From positions 1,426,001-1,490,000 of the forward strand of contig NC_079238.1 of the NCBI RefSeq assembly GCF_027921745.1: a stretch of DNA of 64,000 nucleotides, in the 5' to 3' direction. Shown in pieces: positions 50,007-62,700 of this stretch. The stretch's first letter is position 1, and every line of letters begins with the position of its first letter. The stretch comes from Schizosaccharomyces osmophilus. Taxonomy: Eukaryota. The notes under the pieces were generated by a model that had not been told where the DNA came from, did not search any database, and worked only from the letters and a program-made list of their open reading frames with translations. Made by a program: the position numbers and the translations under genes.

Positions 50007-53000
50007 TTTTAAAAGTTAGTGGGGGAACGACGATAAAAAGGTTGAGGTGTGAATTTTCAAAGTAAATATTTTCTGTGGTATCAATAAGTCGTACGTGTCT
50101 CTCCAAAGGAAATCAAAGGATCAATGGAGGATATTTCGAAAAGGATACTAGGTAGAAGCGCTTGATGGAAAGAAAATGAAGGAAAGCAGAGAATACTTTA
50201 AGTTTTTGTGGGTAATCAAAGGAAAACGATAGACAACCTCGTACAAGTAGTAGAAAAGACTGAATAATTAAGAATAAGGGACGAGGCAAAAAAAATAAGT
50301 AGAAAGATAAGAACAAACGACTGACGATACTTGGGATTTCGGCGATTAGACAAAACCGGTTATGTGAGTTGTCAAAATCAAATATAAAGCATACAAACGA
50401 AACAATCAAAAAGAACCGCCACCAGTAAGCCAAAAGGAAAAACAGGTGAAGAGAGAAAGGTAAACAAAAAATTAGAAAACAACAAAAAGGTTTGACTTTT
50501 TAAGAGCAGTAAAGGGTGCCTGAAAGCGGGATGAGACACAACCAAAGGAAATCAAATCAACTGTGTGTATGTGGATGTGAAATGATATAGAAAATAAACA
50601 CAGAAAAAGGACAACAATGGGAAACCCGTTTCAAAATCAGAACCTGTAGGCAATTTTGAATGGAAAAGGGAAAGAAAATCGGGGTGAAAGAGAAAAGGCC
50701 GTTTTCATGAAAATATTGAAAGAGAGAAATGAAAGGTAAGTATGCTGATGATGGGTAGGAATCTAACGATCGTTAAAAAAATTAGGTGTTGTGTGTGTGT
50801 TAGTGGCAACAGCTGGATAAGCTGAAGGACGGAGTTGAAAGAAAAGAAGGGGATGATGGAAGGACCAAACGACTCAACTTTGTAAGAGATGATGAAGGGG
50901 AAAGGTTGGTAGACAAGTTGACGTTTAGAATGAGAAAACTTGAAACCAAAAAAAAAAAAAAAAAAAGTAATGGCAACGAACGGGGAAAAAAGGACGACAG
51001 TGCGGTTACAAATAAGGAAAAGGAACCGGCCTTTAAGAATACAAGCAAGGAAGAACTCGAAAGAAAACCAAAACAAAATGAGTGCGAAGAATTAAATAAT
51101 TTTTAAAAAATAAATAATAAAATGACGAAAACAACGGTTTCCTCTGAAAGAATAGGGTTTTCCGTAAATAGAAAAAGTTTAGAAAACGTTGATATTGGGA
51201 AAGGGAAAAAACGAAGGAAGGACATATTTCAGGAATCCGATACAAGCGACATAGGAAAGTAACAAAAACCAAGGATCAATTGGCTAGTGGTCTGGACGGA
51301 TGGCTAGTACGATTTCTAACTCGATTATTCGTTAGGGAGGAGAAATTTTATAAAGTGTGGGGAAATGACATCGATCTCGATTAAAAAACTGTCGCAAAAT
51401 GAGGGGAAAGAGAACCCGGAAAAAGAAACTGAGGGCAACGCGAAACAACAAATAACAAAACAAACAGACACGGACTTGATAAAGGAAACTAATGTCAGTA
51501 GCAATAGTAGTAGCAATAGTAATAGTAAAACAGAATCTATCAACACAAGGGATTCAAAAGATCGTGAAAAATCTTTTTTTTTCTTTGGTTTCACATAATT
51601 CTTTTCTTTACCATAAGCCAAGTTTTATCGTGTGAATGTGTTTGTGGGACGGAGATCGGAAGAATCGGCACAAGGTTCGTTGGCATGGGCCAATTACATA
51701 GAGCAGGAGGGTAGATTTGGTGTTTAGGTTCAATACCCGTAGATAATAATTCCGTTGATGGCAACATCTGCCTGGAAGAGGATTGGGCAAGGAGATATAG
51801 CAAACCATTTTGGATCATGATTCCATCAAACCAAAAAGTAAACAAAAAAGGAAAGCACGCATCCAAGCAGATGAATAAACAGATAAATAAACAAACCAAA
51901 CTAAAAAAACAAAAACAAAAACAAAAGAAATAAAACCATTGCCAAGAATTCCTTTCTTGTTTCTTGTATTAAAGATGAAGGATATCTTGTCGGATGTCTG
52001 GCTATGAAGGATACATCAGTACACGAAACGAGGTGGAAACGATTGTGGCTTATGTTTGTGTTTATGTTTATGCTGAAGCCAAGTAGGTCAAGTCGAGCTA
52101 AGCTAAGTCATGATTGCATACGATACAAAAGGTACTGCCATTCTTTGGAATTCGAGAGAAGAAGAAAAGAAAGAAGGTTGTAAGACCACCAGGCTAGGAT
52201 TGTATGATTTTGTTGAATGAAGATGAGGAGGATGGCGATGGGTAGGAGAAGGAAGGTAGAAGGATAAGAGGTTTGGTTTTAGGAAATTGCGAGTGACTTT
52301 TTTTTTCTTTTTCTTTTTGATTACAATTCCTTTGTTTCGACTCGTGAACCTCTGGTTGGTGTTCTTTTCTATCCTATGTGAGGAGAAATTCCCACTAGAC
52401 TTGAGGAAACTTTAGTTCACCTTGACTTTCGTTAAACGTTTCGATTACTACAAACGAATGACTTTGCTCCACCTTTTTGAGTGTAGTCGATACGACACAA
52501 CGAAAAACCACAGGTGCTTATGCTTTGTCTAAAGCATGATTTGATGCAGGTGAAAGAGCAAGAGGAAAATCAAAGATAAGAGAGAGAAAAAAAAAAAAAA
52601 AGGGGAAAAAAGGAATATTTTCTTCGTTCCTTTACATTTTACCTTGTAGTTATTATTTTATTCAATTTATTTCTTTTACGAGTTGTTTTGTGATGAAAAA
52701 AAAAAATAAAATAAAATTTTCCATCCAACCTGCTTTTCCTACAAGGGAAAGCCGAATCTACCCATAGCAATCCTTCCATGCACTGCTTCATACCTTCGTA
52801 CCTCTTCCTTCCTATGTAAACACCAGAGAATGTTTTCGTAATGATGCAGAGTCTATGATTTCATTGTTGGGTGCTTTTCTCACCAAAGGATACTGTTTGA
52901 GACATGGAGTTTTATACGATAGTAATGTTATTTTTCATTTTTATTTATATATACTATTTACTATCTACTTTGTATTTCATTATTTACTTTTTCATCTAAT

Positions 53001-54402
53001 TTTGTATGTTTTTGTTTTCGACAGTGATTCCCAGTCAGGTCGAGCGAGAACCCAAGCATTCTCTCTCTTTCCAATGCTTGTGCTGTGCTTCTCCTCCTTT
53101 GTGATGCTTCCCTTTCCAGCAGCACAACTCCGACAATTCTGGCTTCCTAGATGAAAGCCATTAGTGGGTAATCTCGCCCAATCATGGAAAAATGAAACCA
53201 TCAATGTTGCGCCTTCTTTGTTCTAACGCTGACTCTTTCCATTTGTTACGCTTTTTCTCTCATAACTTTCTTTTTGGTTACTGCCTTGTTTGTCGCACGA
53301 GTGGTGCATTGTATAGGATCCAAAGAGAAAAAGACCTATTTTTTTTTTTTCTCTCTCTTTTGTTTGTTCTTTCTCTTTTGCTTTGTTTTCTTCTTCCTTC
53401 TTTTCTTTGTTTCCTCCGCTCCTTGTCACTTAAATCCCTCCAAGGAAAAAAAGCTTTTGACTTTCCGTTGCTTTGTCTTCATAGGCTTGCACCCCCTCAG
53501 CCAGTGGAATCATCGCCCTACGTAAACCAAACCAAACCCATCGCAGCCGCTTCCTTCCCCCATACACCGTAGCCGAATGCAAATACCTTAGAAAGGCTGA
53601 TTGACGTCTCCAAAACATCTTACCTAGAACCAAACTGCACCTGTAATCTTTCTTCTCCTTGTTTTTGCTGCCATCCATTTGGCATTGTCTGTATATATAA
53701 AAGAAAGAATTGCTTTTTATACTTTTTTTTACAAGTGGATTCTTTCTACCATCCTTCATAAAATCATACAGTTTTGTTTTTCTCTTTTTTGTGAGGACTC
53801 GTTTCGTTTCGAACTTCTCTTTCCTTTTTTTTCTCTTTTTTTCCTACTAAAAAGCCATTGTGTTTGAACGTTAGGTCTCTAGTTGCTTCTTTCCTTGTTG
53901 TCATTGTCATTCCTCATTGATTCCAAAAGCTATCCTCCTCCTTCAACAACAAAAAAATATAAAAATAAACAACTACAAAACTACAAACAACGACGTTTCT
54001 TGGCCATCTTCCACCACCGCCGCCGCCGTCTTCGTGTTCGTCTTCGTCTTTTCCTCTCTGACGTACGTAGGAAAGAAAAAAGAAACGTTACCCTTTTTTT
54101 CCTTCCATCCTCTCCGCTTGTTCAATCGCTTTCTTTTGATTTCTTGATTGATTGATTGCCCTTTCATAAGTGGACTTTTTTCTTGGCGTTTTCGTTTTAC
54201 ACTCTTTTTCTTCTTTCTGCCTTTCTTGGCCTTCGTTATCAAGGAAATTTGGCTCTCTCTCTGTTCTGTCCCATTGCTTTGACTTTTCCTCTTTCTTGCC
54301 TTTCCTTTTTCGTTTCCTTTCGTTTCTACCGTTTTACGTTTCTAGTCCTCTTTTTCTTCCCCTTTAGACTTTTTTACCACCTTCGCCATACACTTGGCTC
54401 TT

Positions 54403-56733
54403 ATGGATACAGTTTTTGTACCCAATTCTCAGTTGAATTCGCTTCCTCCTTCAAATCGCCAATCTTCCATCATGGAACCATGGAACCCTGTTTCTTCCTT
54501 TGCTTCCCCTTCTGCCTCCTCTTCGCAACCTGTGCCTTCTGATTCACACCCCTCCGCTTCAATGGATACTTCTTCTCCCCGCTTTTCGGCCTTTCCAAAC
54601 CAAAAAAGCCCTTCTTTCGCTCCGGGCACATCTTCCATATCTCCATTTACCTCTGCTTCATCCAATTCCTACACGGGGTTTCCCTCCCAGCCCTTTTCGA
54701 ATCCATCCTTGTTGGAAAATTCTGTCTCCCGCTTTCATGATTCTTCTCCTCCTTCGTCTTCTTCTTCCCTATCTTCCCCTAATCAGCGAGGTCTCTACAA
54801 TCACTCCTCTCAGTTACTTTCAGATGAATTGTCTTTCGACCCAAAGGGTTCCATTCCTCCCAACGAGCTCCTCTCCTCTACTTGGTCAAAGGGTCCTTCT
54901 CCTAATTTTTCTCCTTCACATGATCGTTATTCCTCCCAGACCCCCACTTCTCTTTCTAAAAGTCAACTTGCCAACCCCTCTGCTTTGCCGAATCCCATGC
55001 GCGTTTCACCAAATAGTACTGAAAAGTGGAATCGTTTGTCCTTGTCGGAATCTGTTAGCCCCAGCCTTTCCGGTCAGACTCAATTGTTTGCTCTTCAGCA
55101 ACAACAACAACAACAACAGCAACAGCAGCAACAAACCGCTTCTGTTCAAAATTCTACCCCATTTCCTATGCAGTCTGTCCGCCCTAGCACCGGTGATGTT
55201 TATTCTAGCTTGTCTACCGGTCTCTCTGCGCGCCGTCCAAGTTTGAACACTGATCATCACGGACGGCCCATACCCGCCACTGCTCTTCGGCTTCCTGGTC
55301 GACCATCTTTGAACGGCGCTCAGATTTCACCAAATTTGCAGAATGTCGCCCTAAACCTTTCTCCTCGTCATCCTGTGGCTCAGGCACCTTTGTCTGCGGA
55401 TCCTACGTTTGCCTCTTTTGATTTTTTGAGTGATAATTCTATTTGGTCAAAAGCCTCTGCATCTCCTTCAACCAAATACAATTTGTCAAATACTGCTACT
55501 CCCTCCCAGCCTGCGGATCCTGCAGTTCCAGTGCCTTCCTCCCGATTATCAGGCAATAACGTGCCTAATTTGGTGTCTGATCGATTGGACCTTGCCAATG
55601 CCAATGGTTTTACACAAAGAGCTACTCGTCCTTGGGCCCGGCATTCTGCCTCAGGCACTTCTCGCTCATCTCTTTTCTCACCAACCACTGGACGGGTTCC
55701 TGCGAATTTAGAAAATCACCTAGCCCAATTATCGTTGAAACAGAGAAGCAACAGCGCTAGCTTCCCTTCTATCAATAATACGAGATCTCCCGTTGCCCCT
55801 GAGGATTTAGCTAATGATGTTAATTCCCTTGAAGAGATGGCAAGTCCAAATGACTTGGCCGAGAATCGTTTTGCATGGCCCAGAGGACAAAGACGCTCTT
55901 CGGTTACTGATGCTAAAAACTATCGACTAGTGCCTCCTCCATTACGCTCTTCTTTTGATGTATCTACAAATCCCATTTCCATGCGTCCTACGTTGTTGTC
56001 ATCAAATCGAGTTCCATCTTCGGCGCCTCCACAGACCCTGCATTTTGCAAATGTACCTCCGCTGTCAGCTCCTTTGTCTGACGTTTTGGAAGCGGATGTT
56101 GATGCACCATCTTCAATGGCTCAAGCAAACGCTTCAGCCACTAACTTACTTTTGGTTGAGTTTAAAGCCGGTCGCACAGATGTATTTGTCGCCGACGCAG
56201 GTCATTTGACCGATGTCAAACATAATAGTTATGTTATTGTAGAGGCGGATCGTGGCCAAGATCTGGGACGAGTTGTTGCAAAAGATTTGTCTCTTGTTGA
56301 AGCAGCAGCTCAATTAGCAAGTTTGAAAGAGGAACAATTAGCAGCTTTACAACCAGCTGAAGGTAACAGCACTTATGGTGCTAAAAGTGATAGCAGTATA
56401 TCTACCACAGCTACAGGCTTGCATCCAAAGCACATTTATCGTTTAGCTGAATCCCGAGAAGTAGATGAACTTGCTTCCAAATACCAAGACGAATCACAAG
56501 CATTGTTGGTTTGTCAAGCTAAAGTACGACAAAGAAAGCTTCCCATGGAAGTTTTAGATGGAGAATACCAGTGGGATCGAAAGAAACTTACATTCTACTA
56601 TCATGCAAAGCAACGTATTGATTTTCGCGAGCTCGTTCGTGATTTATTTAAAGTTTATAAAACTCGTATTTGGATGTGCGCTGTTAACGAAGGTAATATT
56701 CCTGCTAATGATTCCGCCGGAGCAAGTTGGTAA
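54403..56733 (+). CDS. PSP1 C-terminal-domain protein with long Ser/Pro-rich low-complexity N-terminus
   Basis: VEFKAGR, VIVEADRGQDLG, EYQWDRKKLTFYY, RIDFRELVRDLFKVYKTRIWM. First ATG at 54403; an alternative lies at 54472. Confidence 0.9.
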   Translation: MDTVFVPNSQLNSLPPSNRQSSIMEPWNPVSSFASPSASSSQPVPSDSHPSASMDTSSPRFSAFPNQKSPSFAPGTSSISPFTSASSNSYTGFPSQPFSNPSLLENSVSRFHDSSPPSSSSSLSSPNQRGLYNHSSQLLSDELSFDPKGSIPPNELLSSTWSKGPSPNFSPSHDRYSSQTPTSLSKSQLANPSALPNPMRVSPNSTEKWNRLSLSESVSPSLSGQTQLFALQQQQQQQQQQQQQTASVQNSTPFPMQSVRPSTGDVYSSLSTGLSARRPSLNTDHHGRPIPATALRLPGRPSLNGAQISPNLQNVALNLSPRHPVAQAPLSADPTFASFDFLSDNSIWSKASASPSTKYNLSNTATPSQPADPAVPVPSSRLSGNNVPNLVSDRLDLANANGFTQRATRPWARHSASGTSRSSLFSPTTGRVPANLENHLAQLSLKQRSNSASFPSINNTRSPVAPEDLANDVNSLEEMASPNDLAENRFAWPRGQRRSSVTDAKNYRLVPPPLRSSFDVSTNPISMRPTLLSSNRVPSSAPPQTLHFANVPPLSAPLSDVLEADVDAPSSMAQANASATNLLLVEFKAGRTDVFVADAGHLTDVKHNSYVIVEADRGQDLGRVVAKDLSLVEAAAQLASLKEEQLAALQPAEGNSTYGAKSDSSISTTATGLHPKHIYRLAESREVDELASKYQDESQALLVCQAKVRQRKLPMEVLDGEYQWDRKKLTFYYHAKQRIDFRELVRDLFKVYKTRIWMCAVNEGNIPANDSAGASW
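55096..55134 (+). repeat. CAA/CAG repeat encoding Q13
   Basis: 13 consecutive Gln codons in the PSP1-family ORF. Confidence 0.9.
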
Positions 56734-57858
56734 TTTACCAAAACCCATTGTTTGCGGCCTTGAGCCTTTTTGTGGATGAGATTGTTTGAAAGAGATTATT
56801 TCTAATGACTCTTCTAAGTTCGATAAATCTACTTCCTAAAAAATAGCATCTTTTTTTGGACTTACAAATTGCTCAAGTATGTTTAAACGATCATATGACA
56901 GCTGAGATTTTTGCTGTCACTTTACAATTTTAATGATGACTGCGAGTTTATGAATATTTGTCTCTTTTTTTTTTCCTGATTTTGAAGTTTATCGCTGTTG
57001 AGCTCGAAATCTTTTTTGCCTCCGTAGAATGGAGTAAGAAGACTCTTCGTTTACCAAATGTGGATGATAAATTAAAAAATGTCTCTTTTTTTTATGATTA
57101 TATTTTTATTTCGCCAATGCCTTCTCTTATCTTATGCTTTCCTGTTTGGTGCCTATAAAAGCTAATCAGTTAATTACTCTGCATACTCTCCCCGTACTAA
57201 ACTAACTAGAACTAAAATGTTACCTTCTTGATTCAAGGATTTTTTTGCATTTTCCTGCTTTATGATTGAGTTTTGAATGATTTACGGACGAAAAGTCTAT
57301 ATATACATTATAGAGCTTTATAGACATATGAAATTTATAGACTTCTGGATACGTATTCTCTTGTCTTCTTTTTGAGTTATTATCTAAAAATACGATGACT
57401 AATTACACGCTTAAAGGTTGAGTTTTTCTAACTGTAGGATTGAACTGTTCAGTAGTAAAAAGAAGTAGAGACAGTAAACAGTCGAATATGAGCAGGCAGC
57501 ATGAAGAGCAACTAGTCTCTCAGTCACCATGAATCTTAATTTGACCCTTGAGTAAACGGCTTTTAACAGTAATTGAATTTTTAAAAGAATTTATATCTAT
57601 TTTTTGACAATTAACTGTGTAAATAGAAAGGACTAAGAAGTAAAACTTAACGATGCCATTTTTTCCTCGCTAAATCCGGTCTTGGAAAACTGAATTTGAC
57701 ACTAGGAAAGACGTTGTTTTTTCTTCATTTGAATTCTTTTTGGGAGGTTTACTGGTTTAACGGTTTTACTAATTTTTTCTTACAAATTTTGTACTTGGTA
57801 ATTTTTTGTAATAGGCTAGTGTGTGATCTTTTGCTCTGAAAAGTTACTTAAAAACAAA

Positions 57859-60800
57859 ATGTCAAAATCCGAAAACTTTGAGCGTATGCTGAAAGTGATT
57901 CGATCTCATACCAAGGGTAAATTAGAGAATCAACGACAGCCGGCTCTATTGCTATGTTCAATTGAAAAGTACATAGCTCAGAAAAAGCTTGAACTTTCTC
58001 CAGTCGTGTACATGTCAGCTTTGACTGCCCTTATAATGCAAAGCGATAAACTAGACTACTCTGCTGTTTATTTATTATCAGTTGTACTTCCAGCTGTTCC
58101 CGAAAAGGAGAGACTCACTCACGCCAAAATACTAGAATCGCATCTTGTTCCTTATTTGAAAGAGCAAGACACTGAAGCTCCGACTATTCGCTGTATTTTG
58201 TTATGCATACAGGAATTCTTATTTGCTATTTTGGCTCAAGATATCACTTTACATTCTGATTCCCTTGAATTGTCATTGGAAGTACTGTTGGAATATTCAA
58301 TTGATTCCCGGCCGAAAATTCGTAAATGCGCTATCCAAGCTTTACAGGGAGTTTCTGAGAAAAGCGAGGTTTCTTCATCTTTCTTGACATCTCGTATCAT
58401 TGTTCTATGTTCTCGAGTTTTCCGTGAATTAAATGAGTCCCCTTCTTCCGATAAAGCAAACGTTTCAACTTCTATTCATTGCATGCAGCTATTGGATGAA
58501 TTTGTTGATTTTCAACATGTGAGCGGTACCGATCTTGGAACTACTACCGGTTCCTTGGTTTCCATTTTGCAATCCGATATAGCTTCTTCAGAGTTCGTTG
58601 TTCAGAAAGCTACTTCATTGCTCGCTGATCTTCTTTCGAAACGAATCGATGCTATACCCGATGCGTTTGTAGTTGATCAAACTGACAAAATGCTTCAATC
58701 TTGGGGAAGAGCTCCATTGATTGCTATTTTGTTCAGCACTACATTTGCTAAAAGAAGCCAATCCAAGGGGATAAAAAAGCTTACCCATTTATTTGATCTT
58801 TTGTTAGAATCTGCGTTGGATGATACTGATAGCAATGAGTCCAAATATGGATTTCTTATTGAGGAAGACAGCAATCTGGTTGAAAATTGTTTGACTAGTA
58901 CATTGTCAAACAAATCTATTGCTTTACATGTAATTACACATGTGACAGGAAAGATTTCAAAGCTGATTGGATCCGCTCGTTCGTTACGTCCAAAGCGTAC
59001 ATATATAGTTAATATCTGTTGTGCGTTCCTTACATTGTTCATGAAGGCGGCGCGTAAGGAGCATATGAGCATGTTGTTTGATACCTTTAAAGACATTGCC
59101 CGTGTAATAAACCAATGGAAGACTCCAACATCAAAAGAAGTAAAGCAGCTATTCAAGGTATCTTTTGAAAAATTAGGTGTTGAGGAAACTATAACATCGT
59201 TAACACCTAAAAGTGAGCTTTCAAAATTCCAACGATATTCTTGGCTGAAGGATGTTTTACTTGATACCAAAAATAATGACTTTTCAGGGTTTTCTAATGT
59301 CTTTATGCCGGTCATTGAGTCAGGTACTCCTCAGTGGTGGTCAGTACTTCCCGCTTTTTGTTCGTCTGTAGACGATCCTAATGCTTTGAGTGAGGAAGTA
59401 TTGAAGAATATGGCTTCTACTGTATACCAGCATGAAAGATATCGTGAACCTATTGTTAAATCATTCATTTCGCTATCCAAGGTTTCTTCAGTTCACTCCA
59501 TACTTTCAGAAAATGCCGTGAATATAATTGGTGTACTTGGTAACATCCTTGCATCTATGCCTCCTGCCCATACGCTAGCACCATGTGTTATTGATGCTAT
59601 GGTCTCTATATATTCTGTTTCTGCAGACAAGCAATCTCAAATTATAAAGATGCTCATCGATTCTGCTCCTTTAAGTGATGCGAATTTAGGTAACAAGGCA
59701 ATTGTCAATGCATTCCCTGCTTTGCTCAATATTGCTCCAAGTGACACTTGGAAACCTTTCTTGCCTCATTTGGTAAAGCTTTTCAATCAGAAACCCCCGA
59801 AGGATTCTCAAAGCGAAACGTCCTCTCTAAATTTTGGAGCTGGATTTGCTTACAGGGTGTTGAATGCTTGTCTTTCAAATCCAAATATGGTGGAGACTGT
59901 ATCACCCTTCGTTGGTAATTTGGTTGAATCATTAGTTGACGTCGGCGCCAGTATTCAGTCCAACTCCAAATTTACTACTCTTGAAAGGTTTAAGACTTGG
60001 AAGCTCCTCTTAGGTTTAATACCCAAAGATGATTTACATTTAATGTCTCCTCTGATTTCGGAAACGGCACTAGCATCTAAGGATCATATGGCTGATGTAC
60101 GTGCTAACGCGTACGAATTGCTTGTTGAAATGGGAAATATTATGAAGAAAGGTGGTAAAATTAATCGTTCACGTATTCAAGGGGCCGATTCAAATGATGT
60201 GACGGTTCAAGCCTCTCTAAAAGAATACTTCACGATGGTATCTGCCGGTCTTTTTGAGTCAACGCCCACTTTAACTACATGTACAATTCTTTCTTTAACA
60301 AGACTTTATTACGAATTTAAAGGTAAGTGTACTAACTACAATGAACTCGTTATATTAACCTCTATAGATGAAATTGATGAATCCATCACCGACTCTTTGA
60401 TGGAGCTCGTCGAATTAAATTTGTCATCAAGCAATCAAGAAGTTGCGCGTACTGCTGTGGGATTCGTCAAAATGATTATTACAGTAAGTTCTAAGGCAAC
60501 AATAGAGCGATTTTTGGATTCTTTAATGCCTTCAATTTTCCGATGGCTTAAAGAGCACAATGCTTTTGTAAAAATTAAAGCGAAACAATTGCTTGATAGA
60601 ATGTTGAGAGTATTCACCTTCAGTGAACTCTCTAAGTATACGCACGATGCTGCTGATAAAAAATGGTTGGAACGGATTTTGCAGGTTCGAAATTCACGAG
60701 CAGAAAGAAAAGTTGAAGTCAAGGATGAAGAAGGTGAAAGTGAAGCTGATGAGATGGATTTGGATGTTGACATTAACGACAACGATGTGCCATCTAATAA

Positions 60801-60997
60801 AGCAGAAAACAAAAAGAAAGACAACCGCCAAAGGGTCCCCAACAAAAGAGGTAAGTATAAAAGCCGGTTGTACGTTTTACGAGAAATTAACAAGCATCTT
60901 AGATTTTGGGAACAAAAGGGAAAACAAGTGGAACAATAGAGAGAACAAGTTCAGCTCAAGAGCAGCTCCAAATAAAAGACAAAGAAAGCAGGTATAG
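57859..60997 (+). CDS. rrp12: Rrp12 ribosome biogenesis HEAT-repeat protein; exons 57859-60322, 60368-60850, 60903-60997
   Basis: KVIRSHTKGKLENQRQPA, DSRPKIRK, WWSVLPAFC, EYFTMVSAGL; two GTAAGT..TTAAC..TAG introns. Confidence 0.88.
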
Positions 60998-61476
60998 AGA
61001 TACATACGCTGTCTAGACTGCATGGAGTAAAATGTTTAATAAAATCTAACTGAAGTTATATATTTCACCATCGGAGGCTACGATTTTCTAAATACAAGCC
61101 TACCGTTCGTTACTGTACTGTATATGGTTCTCCCAAATTTACAAGACAAAAAACGCCTATACTATTTGATACTGAACGCAATTATATATATTAATAAACA
61201 AGTAATGACACCAAACCTTGGGAAAAGAAAAACATAACCATTAAAAGGGGTTGCAATTTTTTAGGCTTTTTTTAACAACGGGCATAAGATAAATTAAACA
61301 TGCATTGCGTAGAAACCCAATAACTTATGGATAAAAACCATCTTTGAATGGCCAAAAATAATAGATTTTTTTCATATATTTTTATAAACTTTTTGCAATT
61401 TTGCTTTTGAGTTTTGGGTAGTTGTGAACATAAGGCAAAACTGGGAAACATTCAAAGTAGACCAAATGGTACAGAT

Positions 61477-62700
61477 TTACTGAAGGTCAGCATGAAATTG
61501 ACGCAAGACACGGTCAACATCATCCATAGCCAAAGAATTAACATCGGCCAATTGCTTGATCTTGTTAGTGCACTCCTTTGCTTGAGTATCAGTCAAGTGA
61601 AGGTTGAGTTGCTCGGCACGAGATTTGATGGCGTTCCAGCCAGTCAAACGAGAGCCAACGTGGACGTAACGGCTCATACCAAAGTCTTCGGGACGAAGAA
61701 TTTCATATGTGGAAGGGTTGGCAAGAATAGCCTTGGCATGGATACCAGCTTTATGGGTGAAAGCAGACATACCGGTGATGTAGTTGTTGAAGGGAATTTG
61801 AACTTGGACGGAATCGGCAATCAAATTCTCGAGATCACGGAGCTTCTTCAAGTTATATTTGGAAGTGACATACTCTCTGTCAGTGACATACATACGAGCC
61901 ATAAGGGCACCAAGAGGGGTGATACCGTTGCGCTCACCGATACCAAGGACAGAAGTATCGATATGGGTGGCACCAGCTTCCAAAGCACAGTAGGCGTTAG
62001 CAATGGCCATGCCGGTATCGTTGTGGAAGTGGCACTCAATGTCACAAGAGACGACACCACGGAGAGTACGAATGAGGTCGTAGACTTGACGGGGAGTGGC
62101 GCAACCGACAGTATCGGCAATACCAACACGGTTCACACCAATCTTATCGACGGCCTTGTAGAGGGAAAGGAGATCGACAAGGTCAGAACGGAAAGAGTCT
62201 TCAGAGGAAAAACGGACTTCGATACCCTTGCTCTTGACATAGTTGATAACCTCAGTAGCGTTGTTGATGATGTAAGTCATGTCCTTACCATGAGAGTACT
62301 TGCGAAGGTATTGAGAAGTACCAATGACAACATCGACACCGTCAACACCGGTTTCAACAGCAACACGGGCATCGTCCATGTGGCAACGGATGTGAGTGAG
62401 AACCTTGCTCTTAAGGCCCAATTTGCAAATAGCCTCACAATCTTTTCGGGATTGTTCGGAAGCCACGGGAGAGGTCAATTCGATGTAGTCAACACCGAAA
62501 TCGTTCAGAGCCTTGGCAATTTCAATCTTCTTCTCGGTATCAAAAAAAGAGTTAGCGAATTGCTCACCCTCACGGAGAGTAGATTCGATAACGGAGAAAT
62601 TGTTCACACGAGATAGAAAATCAGCTGGATTGGTTCCATAAGGGTTACGAGGAGGAACTATAGAAGGAGTTCCGCTAGTTTCGTCAACGACAGAGGACAT
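61477..62700 (-). CDS. lys4: Homocitrate synthase, 407 aa from the strong AUG at 62700; 461 aa from the upstream in-frame AUG at 62862
   Basis: [35 protein letters not shown]. Confidence 0.96.
   Translation of the reverse strand: MSSVVDETSGTPSIVPPRNPYGTNPADFLSRVNNFSVIESTLREGEQFANSFFDTEKKIEIAKALNDFGVDYIELTSPVASEQSRKDCEAICKLGLKSKVLTHIRCHMDDARVAVETGVDGVDVVIGTSQYLRKYSHGKDMTYIINNATEVINYVKSKGIEVRFSSEDSFRSDLVDLLSLYKAVDKIGVNRVGIADTVGCATPRQVYDLIRTLRGVVSCDIECHFHNDTGMAIANAYCALEAGATHIDTSVLGIGERNGITPLGALMARMYVTDREYVTSKYNLKKLRDLENLIADSVQVQIPFNNYITGMSAFTHKAGIHAKAILANPSTYEILRPEDFGMSRYVHVGSRLTGWNAIKSRAEQLNLHLTDTQAKECTNKIKQLADVNSLAMDDVDRVLRQFHADLQ

Noticed and set aside
50113..54542. Many 60-130 aa ORFs between zfs1 and the PSP1-family gene
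   Set aside because: F/L/S- or K/E/R-rich translations of purine/pyrimidine-skewed low-complexity DNA, many without an ATG start and with no domain signal.
54500..55246. 248-aa alternative-frame ORF inside the PSP1-family gene
   Set aside because: TTG start; a Leu/Pro-rich by-product of TCT/CCT-rich codons that lack stops in the shifted frame.
58695..59315. 206-aa antisense ORF in rrp12
   Set aside because: In-register shadow of the sense ORF with no independent coding features.
61414..62616. 400-aa + strand ORF antisense to lys4
   Set aside because: It starts at TTG, mirrors the lys4 codons in register and has no recognisable motif. This is the usual shadow ORF of a highly codon-biased gene that avoids TTA/CTA/TCA.
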